From Octopus sinensis (taxonomy: Eukaryota): a stretch of DNA of 64,000 nt. A model generated the notes under the pieces. It made no database searches, was not told where the DNA came from, and worked only from the letters and a program-made list of their open reading frames with translations. Shown here in pieces: positions 31,394-44,523 of the stretch (position 1 is the first letter of the stretch; each line of letters begins with the position of its first letter). A program made the position numbers and the translations under genes. Location of the stretch: contig NC_042997.1 of the NCBI RefSeq assembly GCF_006345805.1, positions 165,602,001 through 165,666,000 of the forward strand. The letters run 5' to 3'.

Positions 31394-32142
31394 TATTTCT
31401 ATACTGCCCACAGGGGGCCAAACACATAGAGGACATACAAGGACAGACAAACGGATTAAGTCGATTATATCGACCCCAGTTCGTAACTGGTACTTATTTA
31501 ATCGACCCCGAAAGGATGAAAGGCAAAGTCGACCTCGGCGGAATTTGAACTCAGAACGTAGCGGCAGACGAAATACCTATTTCTTTACTACCCACAAGGG
31601 GCTAAACACAGAGAGGACATACAAGGACAGACAAACGGATTAAGTCGATTATATCGACCCCAGTTCGTAACTGGTACTTATTTAATCGACCCCGAAAGGA
31701 TGAGAGGCAAAGTCGACCTCGGCGGAATTGAACTCAGAACGTAGCGGCAGACGAAATACCTATTCTTTACTACCCACAAGGGGCTAAACACAGAGAGGAC
31801 ATACAAGGACAGACACACGGATTAAGTCGATTATATCGACCCCAGTGCGTAACTGGTACTTATTTAATCGACCCCGAAAGGATGAAAGGCAAAGTCGACC
31901 TCGGCGGAATTTGAACTCAGAACGTAGCGGCAGACGAAATACCTATTTCTTTACTACCCACAAGGGGCTAAACACATAGAGGATATTCAAGGACAGAAAA
32001 ACGGATTAAGTCGATTATATCGACCCCAGTGCGTAACTGGTACTTATTTAATCGGCGGAATTTGAACTCAGAACGTAGCGGTAGACGAAATACCGGTAAG
32101 CATTTCGCTCGGCGTGCTAACGTTTCTGCCAGCTCGCCGCCT
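31394..32142 (-). mobile_element. Family-B SINE with its body tandemly repeated four times, inside one 13-bp TSD
   Basis: Units of about 183-184 bp start at 31394, 31578, 31761 and 31944, with a single head at 32095-32142. The direct repeat tgtgcaatatacc flanks the array at 31381-31393 and 32143-32155. Confidence 0.88.
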
Positions 32143-32420
32143 TGTGCAATATACCATCTATAAGGTACAGATACAGGATGCATCAAAACGATCGTTGCGT
32201 TGAATAAAGATTCTTGCCAACTCCATTTTCTGTTTCCCTCATTCATTATAAACTCAACGAACATCGCGGAATCTCTGATGTAGATCCACTGTCAATTATA
32301 TCATAACCGTGGATCACACCAGGAAGCCTAAACAGTGCAAGTGGTTTAATCGGCATACTACAAGGCATATACTCAAAGTCCAAATAATTACTTATATTTG
32401 TGTGCGTGTGTGTGTGTGTG

Positions 32421-33420
32421 TTCGAGGCGGTACCCAAAAATAACGTTCAGTGTAGGACAATCCCATTGTAGTTCAGGCTTCCACCACTAGAAGCCATTTG
32501 ATGGGACCCTCAGGCATCAGTCAGCCAACCGGTGGCGTCAAGTGAAGTTGTACTGCCATGCGGTGTGTCTTTGTTTTGCAGTGCTTCTCCCCCTCTTCGT
32601 TGATTTTTGTGGTGGCTGAAACGAAGGAACAGCGTGCTTCCGTGAAATTCTGTTTTCTGCTGAGGAAAACAGCGGCCGAAACAGCTTCAAATAGCTTACA
32701 AGCACGCTGCCATGAGCAAAACAAGTTTACCGGTGGTTTTTACGCTTTAGGAATGGTCACTTGTCGCTTGAAGACCAACCTCGTTCAGGGTGACCATCAA
32801 CCTCCTGAACAAATGAAAACCACACGAAAATTCATGAACTGATCTTGGAGGGCCATCGCTGAAAAATTGACGAACTTGTAATATGACTGGTGCATCCTAG
32901 AGCTCCTGCCAACGAATTTTGAGCGCGGAATTGCGAATGAAGAGTTGCAGCAAAATTTGTGTCTCGCTTGCTCACGGAAGATCAAAACGGTCAAGACTGA
33001 ATGCGTGTCGTGAACTGAAAGAGCAGTTGGAAATTGATCCGAATCTTTTTTCCGGAGGTCATCACTGGTGACGAAAGTTAGTGCTACGGCTACGACCTGG
33101 AAACGAAGCAGCGATCAAGTCAATAGAAGCATTCGATGTCACCACGCCCCACAAAAAGGACGTCAAGCGAAATCCAATGTCAAGACGATACTGATTTGTT
33201 TAATCGATGCGAAAGGAATTGTCCACACAGAATTTGTTCCTCCTGGTCAAACTGCTAACCAGATATTTTATTTGGCAGTTCTGAAGCGCTTGCGAGACGC
33301 GGTGAGACGAAAACGCCCTGACCCCTGGCAAAGTGGAGAGTGATGGTTTCATCACGACAATGCACCTACGCACACTACCTTGAGAGTGAGACAGTTTTTG
33401 CCAAAAATGGCATGACCTCA
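32421..33420 (+). mobile_element. Decayed mariner transposase, 3'-truncated
   Basis: Motifs across several frames: EQRASVKFCFLLRKTAAET, ITGDES, KSNVKTILICLIDAKGIVHTEFVPPGQT..YLAVLKRLRDAVRRKRP and HHDNAP. Confidence 0.82.
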
Positions 33421-34028
33421 CTGCAAGCTTTGCATTGCTCAGCGAGCAAGGATCCTCAAAGACTCCCTGAAACCAAGGTTACTGAACTCTCGCCAGGAAA
33501 TTTACAGTCCCTGCATCCATTTCAAACGCTATCTGCTGCAAGTACAGGATTCTCCGTTCACCGATTTGATCCGGAAAGGTCCTTACAAAGTGTATCATAT
33601 TTGACATTCTCACTTATAATCCTTCTCTCAGTTGTATTATCTCACTAACAGGATTTTCCCTGTGGTCGTCTGTCTGTCATATCCTTTTTGCCAACTAGGT
33701 TCTCACCAACTCTTTTGCTTGGGAATCTTCTGTATATATAATTATCGCAAGATTGCGAGAAAGAGAGACATACCGTTATCCAAACAATGGGTATTTTGGG
33801 GAGGTTTATTGTTCTGTCAACTTAAACTTTCCACCACATACAAAAAGGTTAGCGGAAGTGAAGTGGCAAAGACATTATTCTGCTTAGCTAAGGCATCTGG
33901 CAAATGTAACTGCTGACAACTTAATGTTTCTCTATGGGAAAAGTCCGTTGTACTGTTAAGTTAAATTTGGCGATTAAGGATCGAATTCACGCGATGCCTG
34001 CATGAAGCCTATATATATAAATGTATAT

Positions 34029-34076
<48 letters not shown>

Positions 34077-34240
34077 GATACAGGCATTCTCTCTATAGAA
34101 TACACTTCGTAGTGCTCAAGAGATTTGAACTTGAGCTGGTAGAGGAGTAAATGTAAGGACAAGCAACTTAAGCAAGTTGATATACAAAAAATATTAAATA
34201 CATTTAATACCAAAAATGTTCATATGTATACATATAAAAA

Positions 34241-34422
34241 AATGATTGTAACTTGATTCCGTCATTGGATAATACCAGCCTCCGTCTTCAGGAAAGAATT
34301 TTACATTTGAGGTGTTGACAGAATGGAGTTTAAGATGAAATCTTTAAACACCTCAAATGTAAAGTTCTTATCCAAAGGCGGAGGCTGGTGTTATCTGATG
34401 ACAGAATCAAGTTACACTCATT
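34241..34422. repeat. Imperfect long hairpin (about 78-bp arms) inside a wider inverted pair (34148-34240 / 34529-34597)
   Basis: tgtaacttgattc/gaatcaagttaca and ttacatttgaggtgtt/aacacctcaaatgtaa pair exactly; the intermediate pairs are mostly G-T. Confidence 0.7.
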
Positions 34423-35094
34423 ATTTTGGGCCACCAAGCACCCAGAAACGGTTGCTGGACTCGTAAAACTTTTATTCAACCCATTTAATTCCTGATATCA
34501 TTTCTATTCTGTGTAAGTCGGACTTTTCTTTACATGTATACATATGTACATTTTTTGTCTATCGACTTGCCTAACTTGCTTGTCTTTACATTTACTTATA
34601 TATATATACACATACAAAGACTAAGTCCTGGGGTCGATTTGCTCGACTAAAGGCCGCAGTCAAGTGACTGAAACAAGTAAAAGAATAAAATAATATATAT
34701 ACCGTAAATCCTCGAGTATAATCGCATTCTCCCACCCAAAATTTAAAGGTCAAAATCCCTAGCGCGTACTATATACGAGATTAAAAATGAGAATTATTTT
34801 CTAAGCAATGTCCGAGTCTCTATTTGCTGTCCGGCAATGTTTATTCAGACGCATTTTGTGATGTCGGGCACGAAATTAGTTTAAGCTAAGCCTGAAAGCA
34901 ATGAAGTCATAAAAGAATCATCCATAACATGCAGTAAGCAACATTTATTAAACGCTATTACTGTTATTACACATTCATATCTATGTGTATACGTAGGTAT
35001 ACGTGTGTAGAATACATCCCCACTATTGGCACTATTTTGTTAGTAAACAGTATGAGCTACGTCTAAGGGGATACGCACAACGCGTATCACTCTG

Positions 35095-38000
35095 CGTATG
35101 TTGACAGTTCGTAAAACAGGTTAAAGTAAATAAACACGTAAAACAATAACAATGCCTTCATTGAGTTGTCTATCATCCCATCAAGAACGAAACAATGCAT
35201 GATATTGTGGCAGCGGTAAATAATTGGCGGCCCCCGTCACCATACAGATGAATCTACATCCGACCATTGACTGGTACGCCGATGATATCGTGGAAGCGTT
35301 CAAGAAATTCAAACAGAAAACTCAACTGGCTTTCAAAAGCTTCCTGAAAGGTACAACCGCCGATGAAAAGGTAAGCTACATCCTTTTATGGACAGGAGAA
35401 AAGGGCCTAGACCTATTCAATAGCTGGGACATGTCAGAATCGGATTACAATAACCCAGACACACTTTTAGAGAAATTTGAAAGGTACCTAGAGCCCAGAT
35501 CGAACCATAGAATTCATAGATACGAATTCCAGGGCCTGAAACAAGACCCACAAGAAACGATTGACAATTTCCTGTCCAGACTGAAGAATGTTGCTGAGAA
35601 ATGCAAATTCAAAGACAAGGACGAAAGGATTGTTGATCAAATAATATGGGGATGTGCTCATAAAGAAGTCCAGAAATCCCTCATAGGTAAGGACGCTCTC
35701 CAGTTAATAGAAGCAGTAGACACTGCAAGAGCATTCGAAGCCACTACCATACAAATGGCCTCACTTACTTTACAAACAAACATAATAGGCAGCAGTGTAG
35801 ATATTGTATCTAGACATAGGACGAAACATACCCGCAAACAAAGAACATGCCAGTACTGTGGTACGGGGCATGAGTTCAATAACCGGAAGAAATGTCCTGC
35901 ATTCGGTACACACTGCAAAGCATGTGGAAAACCCAACCACTGGGAAAAAATGTGTAGACTAACCAAGTCTCAGAAATACAAGCCCCAATTTTCAAAGAGG
36001 AGCGGAAAGAGAAGACAAAGAGATATACATGCCCAACAACAGGAACAAAACACCTCAGAGGAGGAATTCTTGGCAGTCGGCACAATAAATGTGCATGAGA
36101 TGGGAAATGACGACCAAAAAAAAAAAAAAAATAATAATGAGGTATACACTACTATACAAATACAAAAGAAGTCAGGCAAGAAACGAAAAAACATCGCCTT
36201 AAGGCTAAAGATTGACACTGGATCCCAGAGTGATATCTTGCCTGTCAACCTCTACAAAAACATGTTCCCAGAACACATGACACAAGAGGACAAAGTCAAA
36301 GAAGGAATCCTCACACCAAGTGATATAATCCTCACTGCGTACAGAGGTACCAGGATTCCACAACTGGGAAAATAACAATCACAGGGACACACAAAGGAAA
36401 AACAATCAAGTGTTCTTTTTATGTCACAAGAACAGAAGGACCAGCAATTCTTGGACTCAATACCTGTCAAAAGCTTAATATTGTGTCAATCAATGGTGAA
36501 GTGAAGGCAGCGCCGAGCAGGATTGACAGAGATATGCCTATCAAAGACCGCCCGCCAATCACAAATAAAGAACTGATAAGCATGTACCCAGAATGCTTTG
36601 ACGATACAGTCGGGGATTTTGTGAAAAGTCGATACCACATAACAGTCGACCCCAATGCCAAACCAATTGTTCACCCACCTCGCCGCGTTCCTCTAGAACT
36701 AAAAGAGAAGCTGAAGGCAGAGTTGGACAGAATGGAAAAAAAAGAATCACCAAAGTGACACGACCAACAGACTGGGTGAATTCAATTGTAATCAAAGAAA
36801 AACCCAATGGTACCCTACGGATATGCCTCGACCCAAGGGACCTGAACAAGTCATTAAAAAGAGAGTACCATCCAATTCCAACCCTTGAGGAAATCACACC
36901 ATCATTAGCTGGATCCAAAATATTCAGCAAACTGGATGCCAGTAATGGGTACTGGAATGTAAAGATAGACAAAGAATCATCCATGCTCACTACCTTCAAC
37001 ACACCATTTGGCAGATACCGATTCAACCGACTCCCATTTGGATTGAAGGTGAGCCAAGATGTTTTCCAGCGCCAAATAAATGAGACCTACCAAGGCTGCA
37101 AGGGAGCAATTGAGATTGCAGACGACATCTAAGTGCATGGTAAGGATGGGATCACACATGACTTCAATTTACATGAAGCCATGGAGAAAACCCGACAAGC
37201 AGGTATCAAACTCAATGCAGACAAGTGTGTGATAAAAGCAAAGGAGTGCAAATTCTTTGGAATTATATACTCTGCAGAGGGAGTTAAACCAGACCCCGCT
37301 AAAGTGGTAGCCATCAGAGACATCAAAGAACCCAAAGACAAGAAGGAACTCAGGAGCTTCCTGGGACTCATCCTCTACATGGAAGCCTTCATACCCAAGC
37401 TGGCCGATCACACCGCAAATCTCCGAGAACTAAACAAAGATGACGTAGAGTTTGATTGGTGTGCTTCACACACACAGGATTTCAAAGCAATCAAAAAGCT
37501 CATCAGTAAGGAGACAACTCTGCAGTACTATGACTGACGCAAACCAGTAACACTCCAAGTCGATGCTTCTATGAGAGGAGTTGGTGCAGCATTAATACAG
37601 GAAGGTAAACCTATTGCATATGCCTCGAAAGCTCTCTCACCCACAGAGACAAGGTATGCAAATATTGAAAGGGAACTCCTAACAGTAGTATATGGCTGTG
37701 AAAAGTTCCATACATACCTGTATGGCAGACATTTCAATATTGAATCAGACCATCGCCCGCTAGAACAAATACACAGAAAAAACCTCACGAAGGCACCAGC
37801 CAGACTGCAAAGATTACTGTTAAGGCTCCAAAAGTACGACTACGATATCAGGTACAAGCCAGGAAAAGACCTGATATTGGCGGATGCTCTTTCCAGACTA
37901 TCCTCACATGATAAACAGGAGATGGAAGGACTAAGCATAAAGGTCCACCAGATTGTAAATGTAACAAACACAAAGCTAGCAGAAATCAAAGAGGAGACCA

Positions 38001-38330
38001 GCAAAGATGAAGAACTCCAGCTCCTTACTCAGATGGTGATTCAGGGATGGCCAGAAAAGAGACATCAGGTGCAGCCCCTCATTCGTGAATATTGGGCCAT
38101 CCATAATGATATATCAGTGGAGAATGGAATCCTGATGGCTGGATCCCGAATAATTATACCCAGATCAATGCAAAAAGATATTCTTGACAAGATCTACCAA
38201 GGGCATCTGGGAATGGAAAAATGCAAGCTCTGAGCCAAGTCATCTGTATATTGGGTAGGCATGTACAAAGACATAGAGAGGATAGTTTCTACATGCCACA
38301 TCTGTCAAAAGTACAGAAACTCACAACAAA
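35095..38330 (+). mobile_element. Ty3/Gypsy LTR retrotransposon, decayed and truncated in integrase
   Basis: PBS TGGCAGCGGT at 35208-35217. Gag has Zn-knuckle-like motifs (CQYCGTGH, CKACGKPNHWEKMC). Protease KIDTGS; RT LRICLDPRDLN and IADD; RNase H VDAS..ELL..SDHRPL; integrase N-terminus (H/Y)QGHLG..C..C. Frameshifts lie near 36370 and 36750, with stops at 37132, 37537 and 38233. The 5' LTR boundary is approximate and no 3' LTR is seen. Confidence 0.92.
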
Positions 38331-38384
38331 AGGATTAGTTGGGTAAGCATATGTGGAGCCCGACATCTTTGTGGCAGGTTAATG

Positions 38385-38640
38385 ACTTGAGGTAGTGGAT
38401 AGCTTTGTATATCTCGGAAGTACGCTTAGCAGAAATGCAACTCCTGATGCTAAAATAAATCAGGATTGCGAAAGCTAGAGTTGCTTTTCCGAAACCCGAG
38501 AAGCAAGTCTGGCCAGATAGGGGTATCACAAAAACACAAAGTTGTCTGTGTATGAGGCCTGTGTTCTAACAGTCCTGCTAAAGGGATGTAAAACGTGGAC
38601 AAGCTACAGACATCATGCTAAAGCAGTTAGAAGAATCAAA
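38385..38640 (+). mobile_element. RTE LINE RT C-terminal fragment
   Basis: Reads EVVDSFVYLGSTLS..RIAKARVAF..TKLSVYEACVLTVLL.GCKTW. Confidence 0.7.
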
Positions 38641-40479
38641 CTAGAGGGATAGGAAGGCATGTAGGACCTTCCAGCGAAGAGATAGGGTAGGGAGGGGGTG
38701 CGGCTGGGTGTGGGGTAGTGTGAGGAAAGAGGGCGGAAGTGCAGTCTATTTGCTGGGCTAGGAATAGAGCAGTTTGAATTAGGTAGAGGGATATCCCTGA
38801 CAATTGACGATACAGATCACGTATTGAAACGGAGTCTCAAAATCTTTCACAGTTAGAATTAATTAACTGCGGACATATGAAGCAGCGTTGAATGAATATG
38901 TGCATACAATCATATTCCAACTTGATCAATATTTCCGCATATCAGCAACTGTACTATTTGCTGATCTTATTTATAAATATGAATAACCGTTCTTCCAGGG
39001 TTGTTAATGTCTGATTCGGTATTCGTAGCTGATGCAGAAACGCGTATGTCCTGTGATCCGATGATGTCTTCTATAATCTGAGGATGTGTTTACTCATATA
39101 TTGTCTATGAGAGGAATTTTCTCTCGAGACTATTGTACACGAACGTGTTAAATATGATTGTGTACACACATACTTTATTCAACGCTGCTTTGTGTGTTTC
39201 CAGTTAAGAAAAATACAATTAAAATAATTTAAAACTGCTTGAAGGTTATAAATTTATTGTATTATTGCAACATTTAATTAAAGAATACGGAAGTAAAATT
39301 TATTTTTGTACATGTAACAGTAACATCAACCTAAGCTAGAATTCTGGATATAGCGTATTAAATTGAAATCATGCCATGTCGCTTACTTTTCAAAATATAC
39401 TTAGTCTTTTCTGAAAAGTTGATATGTCATCCTTATGCATACTCCAGCAAGAAGTCAGGGGATAGAGAGGCCAGCGATGCTACATCTGCTCCTTTATTTA
39501 TGCTTCTATATGCTATTTACTTTTTTTTTTTATTCTACGTGTTCTTTATTCATTTCACTCGAACCTTGTTCAGCTTGTTCAGTCTGAGTGGAATGTTCGA
39601 GATGTCGTATTTGCATCTAGATTGCTCAGTGGCTAATTCTTATATGTAGTGACAAGGGCTGGGGTTGTTTAACATGCTTTGACAATAAATTGCATCCTTT
39701 GGATGCTCAGTTGTTCATTGTTAGTATTTTCATTTGAATTCCTCTTCCTATAATGTATATTAGATATGAAAACGACTTAATATTCGGGGAGGCTGAAAGC
39801 TGCGTAGTTCCTCAGTGACAAGTCGTTACTGAAGTGATCCTTTGGGCCGGCGCCTGGAGAAAAAGAAAGAATTGGGTTTGGGTACTGTATTTATACATGT
39901 TGGAAAGCTAGATGTAGGTCAGAGAACAATGGAAAGTAAATGGGTTTAATCTCTATTGAACTGTATCCAACCTAAGGATGTTGACTTAAACTATACAACT
40001 TAACTAAGTGTAACAGTTGACCCTCATAAATTTCTAAGTGCTAATGCCGAGAACGATAGGAAGAAACGCGTAGAAAAATCTAGGCTAAAGTCTCGATTCC
40101 TGGTTACAAATCCTGGAAGCGATTCGCTACATTCTGCTACAAATAACCACTGTATTTTCAATGTGTCGATAAAATGCCAGAATCACAATTTCGACTTTTG
40201 GTATTCTGGCCGTCTGTATGGTGGAGGAAAGATAGCACTGAAATTGTATATAACTGCTACAACATTCAAGCATAAACTGCGGACTAGCAATTTTTTAAAA
40301 TGAGAATAGCTGCTATATTCACTACCTTTGCTTTTTAACCACTGGAAAGCGAAAAAGACCAAGAAATTTGATAATAAAAAGTAAATAACTGTGTTACAAA
40401 ATATTTCCAGGAGGCTAACTTAAGCGCAATAATTGCAGGAGCTGGTGCAGTAATGAGCTAGTTTCACTGTTTGGTTATT

Positions 40480-40970
40480 AGAAGAAACAAGGTAGGAGGA
40501 AGAGTTAACCCCGCTATCTTCAATTCGGTGTTCGTGCCTACCCTTACCTATGGTACTGGATTTTGGATAATGACCGAAAGGATACGATAGCCAATATAAG
40601 CGGCAAAAATGAGATTTCGCTGACGTATCTTTGAAGTAACGTTACTCGATAGAATGCGTAGTTCGGAGATCAGAGAGGCGCTCCAGGTAGAGCCGCTACT
40701 CTGATACTACGGATATATGGTAAGAATGCCCCAGGAAAGAATAACTGGACAGATTCTACGGGCAAGACCAACCGGAAGGAGATCCAGGGGTAAACAGCAT
40801 ACAAGAAGGTTGGATAACATCCATCAACTCGGTTGATCTCGCTTGGGGATCCAGTGGGATGAATTGAAGACCGTTGCTTCTGATAGAACCCGTTGGAAAG
40901 CGTGTTTGAGGATTCTGCCTCCACGGCCTCATAGGAATAAGCGGTCGAAGAAGAGATGAGATGAGAGAAA
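40480..40970 (+). mobile_element. RTE LINE 3' fragment
   Basis: Reads FNSVFVPTLTYG..W..DRMRSSEIREALQVEPL.., followed by a (GAGAT)-type tail. Confidence 0.6.
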
Positions 40971-42059
40971 CTTTCCAACGATAAAGGAGATAAAACGTCT
41001 TATTTGGTTTGTTTTAGCCATAACAGCATAAATTATTCTAGACGATCACCTTCAAACGCCTAAAATGCTAGCAAGAATGTTCTAAACAACAAGCATATTA
41101 TGAATATTAAATGCCCTTATAAAATACTGGCGGCAGCGTTGGCGGTGGCGGCGGTGGGGGTGGCGGCGGCGGCGGTGGTGTGGTGGTGGTGGTGGTGGTG
41201 GTGGTGGTGGTGGGGTGTGTGGGAAATGGGACCTTAGTGACTGTCAATACTGTTTTAAACTTGAATACTGTCTAGGTTAATCAGTAATCAACATTGTTAT
41301 CATGCTGTATTTATTATTTCTTTGCTAATAACCTTTTGACAAAATTTACCCATGTGCTTGAGGTTTCTGAGAAAATGTAATATTTGTATTTGCCTTCTTT
41401 CATTAGTTTTCTTTTTATTGTAATGGGAAGAGACAACCTTGGTTGCTCGATAAACAAGTTTGCATGTGAAAATATATGAAATTTCACCAGTTGTTGGAAA
41501 ATAAACAGCTGCCTTGGCATATATTTTGTTTATTCAGTAAACTCCTCAATGAACAACAATGAATAAATGTGAATACAGTTTATTCTCCAAGCCAACACAA
41601 TATAAGTGTGAGCAAATGTAAATTCAGATTGGTCATCTTAATCCATAAGAAATCAAAAATGTAATATATAATAATCTATAATCAATCTTTATAATTAATA
41701 TTGCTGATTAGTTCCAGATCAGTCTTGATGGAACATGCCAAGTTATTCAGGCCATGGCATTCCTATCATACACATAGGTATAATGCATTATACCTAGGTG
41801 TATCATTATCCAACGTGTCTTGTGTTAATTCAGTAGAGTGTAATTGAGGGAGATATGGGGGTTCTTTAAAGCTGATCGAGCGATTGTATGGAGGTTCCTG
41901 CGATGATTCGTTTGTAATTAATTTCGCTTTTAGTAATTATAATTGCTATTATAACCAAAACATGGATACACACGGCAACAGATACATTGTATCCCAGCAA
42001 TGTCGTAAGAGGCAGCTAAAATGGTTTGGGGGCCAGAAATCTCGAAGATGGATGACTTA

Positions 42060-42400
42060 ACCAACCTAACATGATGAGTCGAGTTTCCACACTGAGACAT
42101 CTCGTCTTTATCAGCACTTCAGTCTCAAGTATGAGGGATTTCCAACTGATGATTAATATATGCCTTAAACACTTCTGGTGAAATCTCTCGAGTATTTTGA
42201 TGTTTCATTAATGCGGGTCCTGCGTCAGACGAATATAGTTGGGATGTAATGACGCAAGCTTTATAGATGTAAAGCTTGGAGGATAATTTCAAGTCCTTGC
42301 TTGACCAAACTAGTTTTTCCAATGTCCCAAACGCAATTAAAATCTTCTAAATCCTCAGGGATCCATCTCTAGGAGAAAAGATTGCTCAGATACACAAAAA
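42060..42400 (-). mobile_element. RTE LINE fragment
   Basis: Reads VWSSKDLKLSSKLYIYKACVITSQLYSS, the RTE post-RT motif. Confidence 0.55.
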
Positions 42401-42614
42401 AATCCACTGCATCAAGTTTAGTCCTTTGCAAAATTATGTTTGATTGCATATACGTCTCCCTCGGAGTAGATAGAGACATCATCTTAGTTTGCTTCAGGCT
42501 TATTGGAAGCCTAAAAGTAGTACGGGCACTAGAGAAGAGATTCATTATTTTTTTAATGTCTTGTTTCGAATGAGTCGCAAGAACACAATCGTCAGCGATT
42601 TTATTGTCGGTTCA

Positions 42615-42945
42615 AATTAAAATGCAAAGCAGCGGAGACTGCTCACAATATCAACCACGCATTTAACCAGAGTACCGGCAATGAAGCCTAAGTACAACAT
42701 TTGTTTTAAAAGATTAACGTGATAGAAAGGAATCTTGAAGATGGTGAAGGTTGTAGATATACTGTGATTGACAATAACCAATCTATGGTTATTGCTGATG
42801 CACAATCACACAAAATATTCTCTAGAAGTAAACTGACCTTTCGACAACTGCTCAGTATTTTCACCAGACTGGAGAGTAAAAGCAGCTCGCTAAACGGGAG
42901 CCGTACGAGCTGAACCAAATAAAAAAAATCACCTCACATACATAC
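42615..42945 (+). mobile_element. Decayed mariner transposase N-terminal fragment
   Basis: Reads KAAETAHNINHAF..NLEDGEG..VIDNNQ..; a paralogous fragment is at about 45925-46245. Confidence 0.65.
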
Positions 42946-43000
42946 ATACATACATACATACATACATACATACATACATACATACATACATACATACATT

Positions 43001-43035
<35 letters not shown>

Positions 43036-43168
43036 CACACACACACACACACACATACACACACACATATATATGCGTAATGCATTTATACTCATACACA
43101 TATCTATGAACGTATATAGATATGCATATATGTGTTTATGTATATGCGTATATATATACTATATATAT

Positions 43169-43213
<45 letters not shown>

Positions 43214-43932
43214 TAATATAGGATGAAGCTTTTTTACAGAAAAAAATTTCATCAAAAAATGTGGCAGCATATTAAAATACCTTTAAGGTTAAAATTATAA
43301 AATAACTTATAAACAAGGGCTAAAGAAAATTATTTCTATGCCAATATGCTGATAACAGACTTTTAAATCGTCAATTTCCACATATTATTTACTCGCTACA
43401 GAAAACACGTAGAGCTGAAACCGGGGAAAGCTGGCCAACAGAATTTGTTAAAAAGTTCGTTATTTCTATATTGAATCAATTTCACCACCAGCAATGCATT
43501 AGCATCATCGATGAACATTAATTTCATGCGAAATTCGTGTGCCAATCTGAAACCCTTGCTTACTGTGAAGAGGTTGTCTCCCTTGTCTGTACATAGAACC
43601 GTGCTTTGTTCGTGGTTAAAGAGTCTTTGACTCTTGTTTCTAGCAATGCTGGTGCTCTCCTGCACCCTTAGTCACTTTTACTGATAGTGAATTTTTTTCC
43701 TTTTTGGCTTTAAATTGCGTCTGATCACCCTAATTATTTTATATGTATATATATATAGCAATAATAATTCTCTAAACGAGGTATATACAGTAACTGCTCC
43801 ATAACATAAGGGACGTTAGCCATCCGGGGTGTTACTGATGCATTTAACCCCAGGCGATCATCAACGTCACCAGAAGGGCTGACGCCATCACGGCGTCCTC
43901 TAGCCTGCAAAGGGAGATCATTCCCCGAAGAA

Positions 43933-43998
43933 GCGGATGCCACATACGGACCCAGGTTTCAAGGTGTTTGCCTCTCGTCAACGTATGGCAGGCACCGC
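43933..43998 (-). ncRNA. Type I hammerhead ribozyme fold (copy 1)
   Basis: Identical to copy 3. Predicted cut between 43949 and 43948. Confidence 0.8.
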
Positions 43999-44290
43999 CC
44001 CTCGACGAACGACTCTCTGTGCAGGCTATCTATATAAAGATTTTCACAGTAAATACATTTACTGATGTAGAAAATCTGTTCGACAGCAATAATAATTCTC
44101 TAAACGAGGTATATACAGTAACTGCTCCATAACATAAGGGACGTTAGCCATCCGAATGTGGCTAGGGACAGGGCAGGGCGGTGGGGGTGTTACTGATGCA
44201 TTTAGCCCCAGGCGATCATCAACGTCACCAGAAGGGCTGACGCCATCACGGCGTCCTCTAGCCTGCAAAGGGAGATCATTCCCCGAAGAA

Positions 44291-44356
44291 GCGGATGTCA
44301 CATACGGACCCAGGTTTCAAGGTGTTTGCCTCTCGTCAACGTATGTCAGGCACCGC
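44291..44356 (-). ncRNA. Type I hammerhead ribozyme fold (copy 2)
   Basis: Same core as copy 3, with two substitutions in distal stem I and its bulge. Predicted cut between 44307 and 44306. Confidence 0.78.
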
Positions 44357-44523
44357 CCCTCGACGAACGACTCTCTGAACGTCCCTTATGTTATGGAGCA
44401 GTTACTGTATATACCTCGTTTAGAGAATTATTATTGCTGTCGAACAGATTTTCTACATCAGTAAATGTATTTACTGTGAAAATTTTATATAGATAGCCTG
44501 CACAGAGAGTCGTTCGTCGAGGG

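Noticed and set aside
31394-32142. CRISPR-like or ribozyme-bearing array
   Set aside because: The units are contiguous SINE bodies with no unique spacers and no CUGANGA/GAAA core; eukaryotic context.
41128-41225. G-quadruplex-prone (GGC)n(GGT)n tract
   Set aside because: A simple trinucleotide repeat with no nearby gene or other evidence of function.
41965-42030. Possible HDV-like ribozyme at an RTE-type 5' motif (ggataca/tgtatcc stem, gtcgtaagaggcagctaa)
   Set aside because: There is too little sequence between the P1 strands for P2/P3/L3, and no P1.1 GG; at best a relic.
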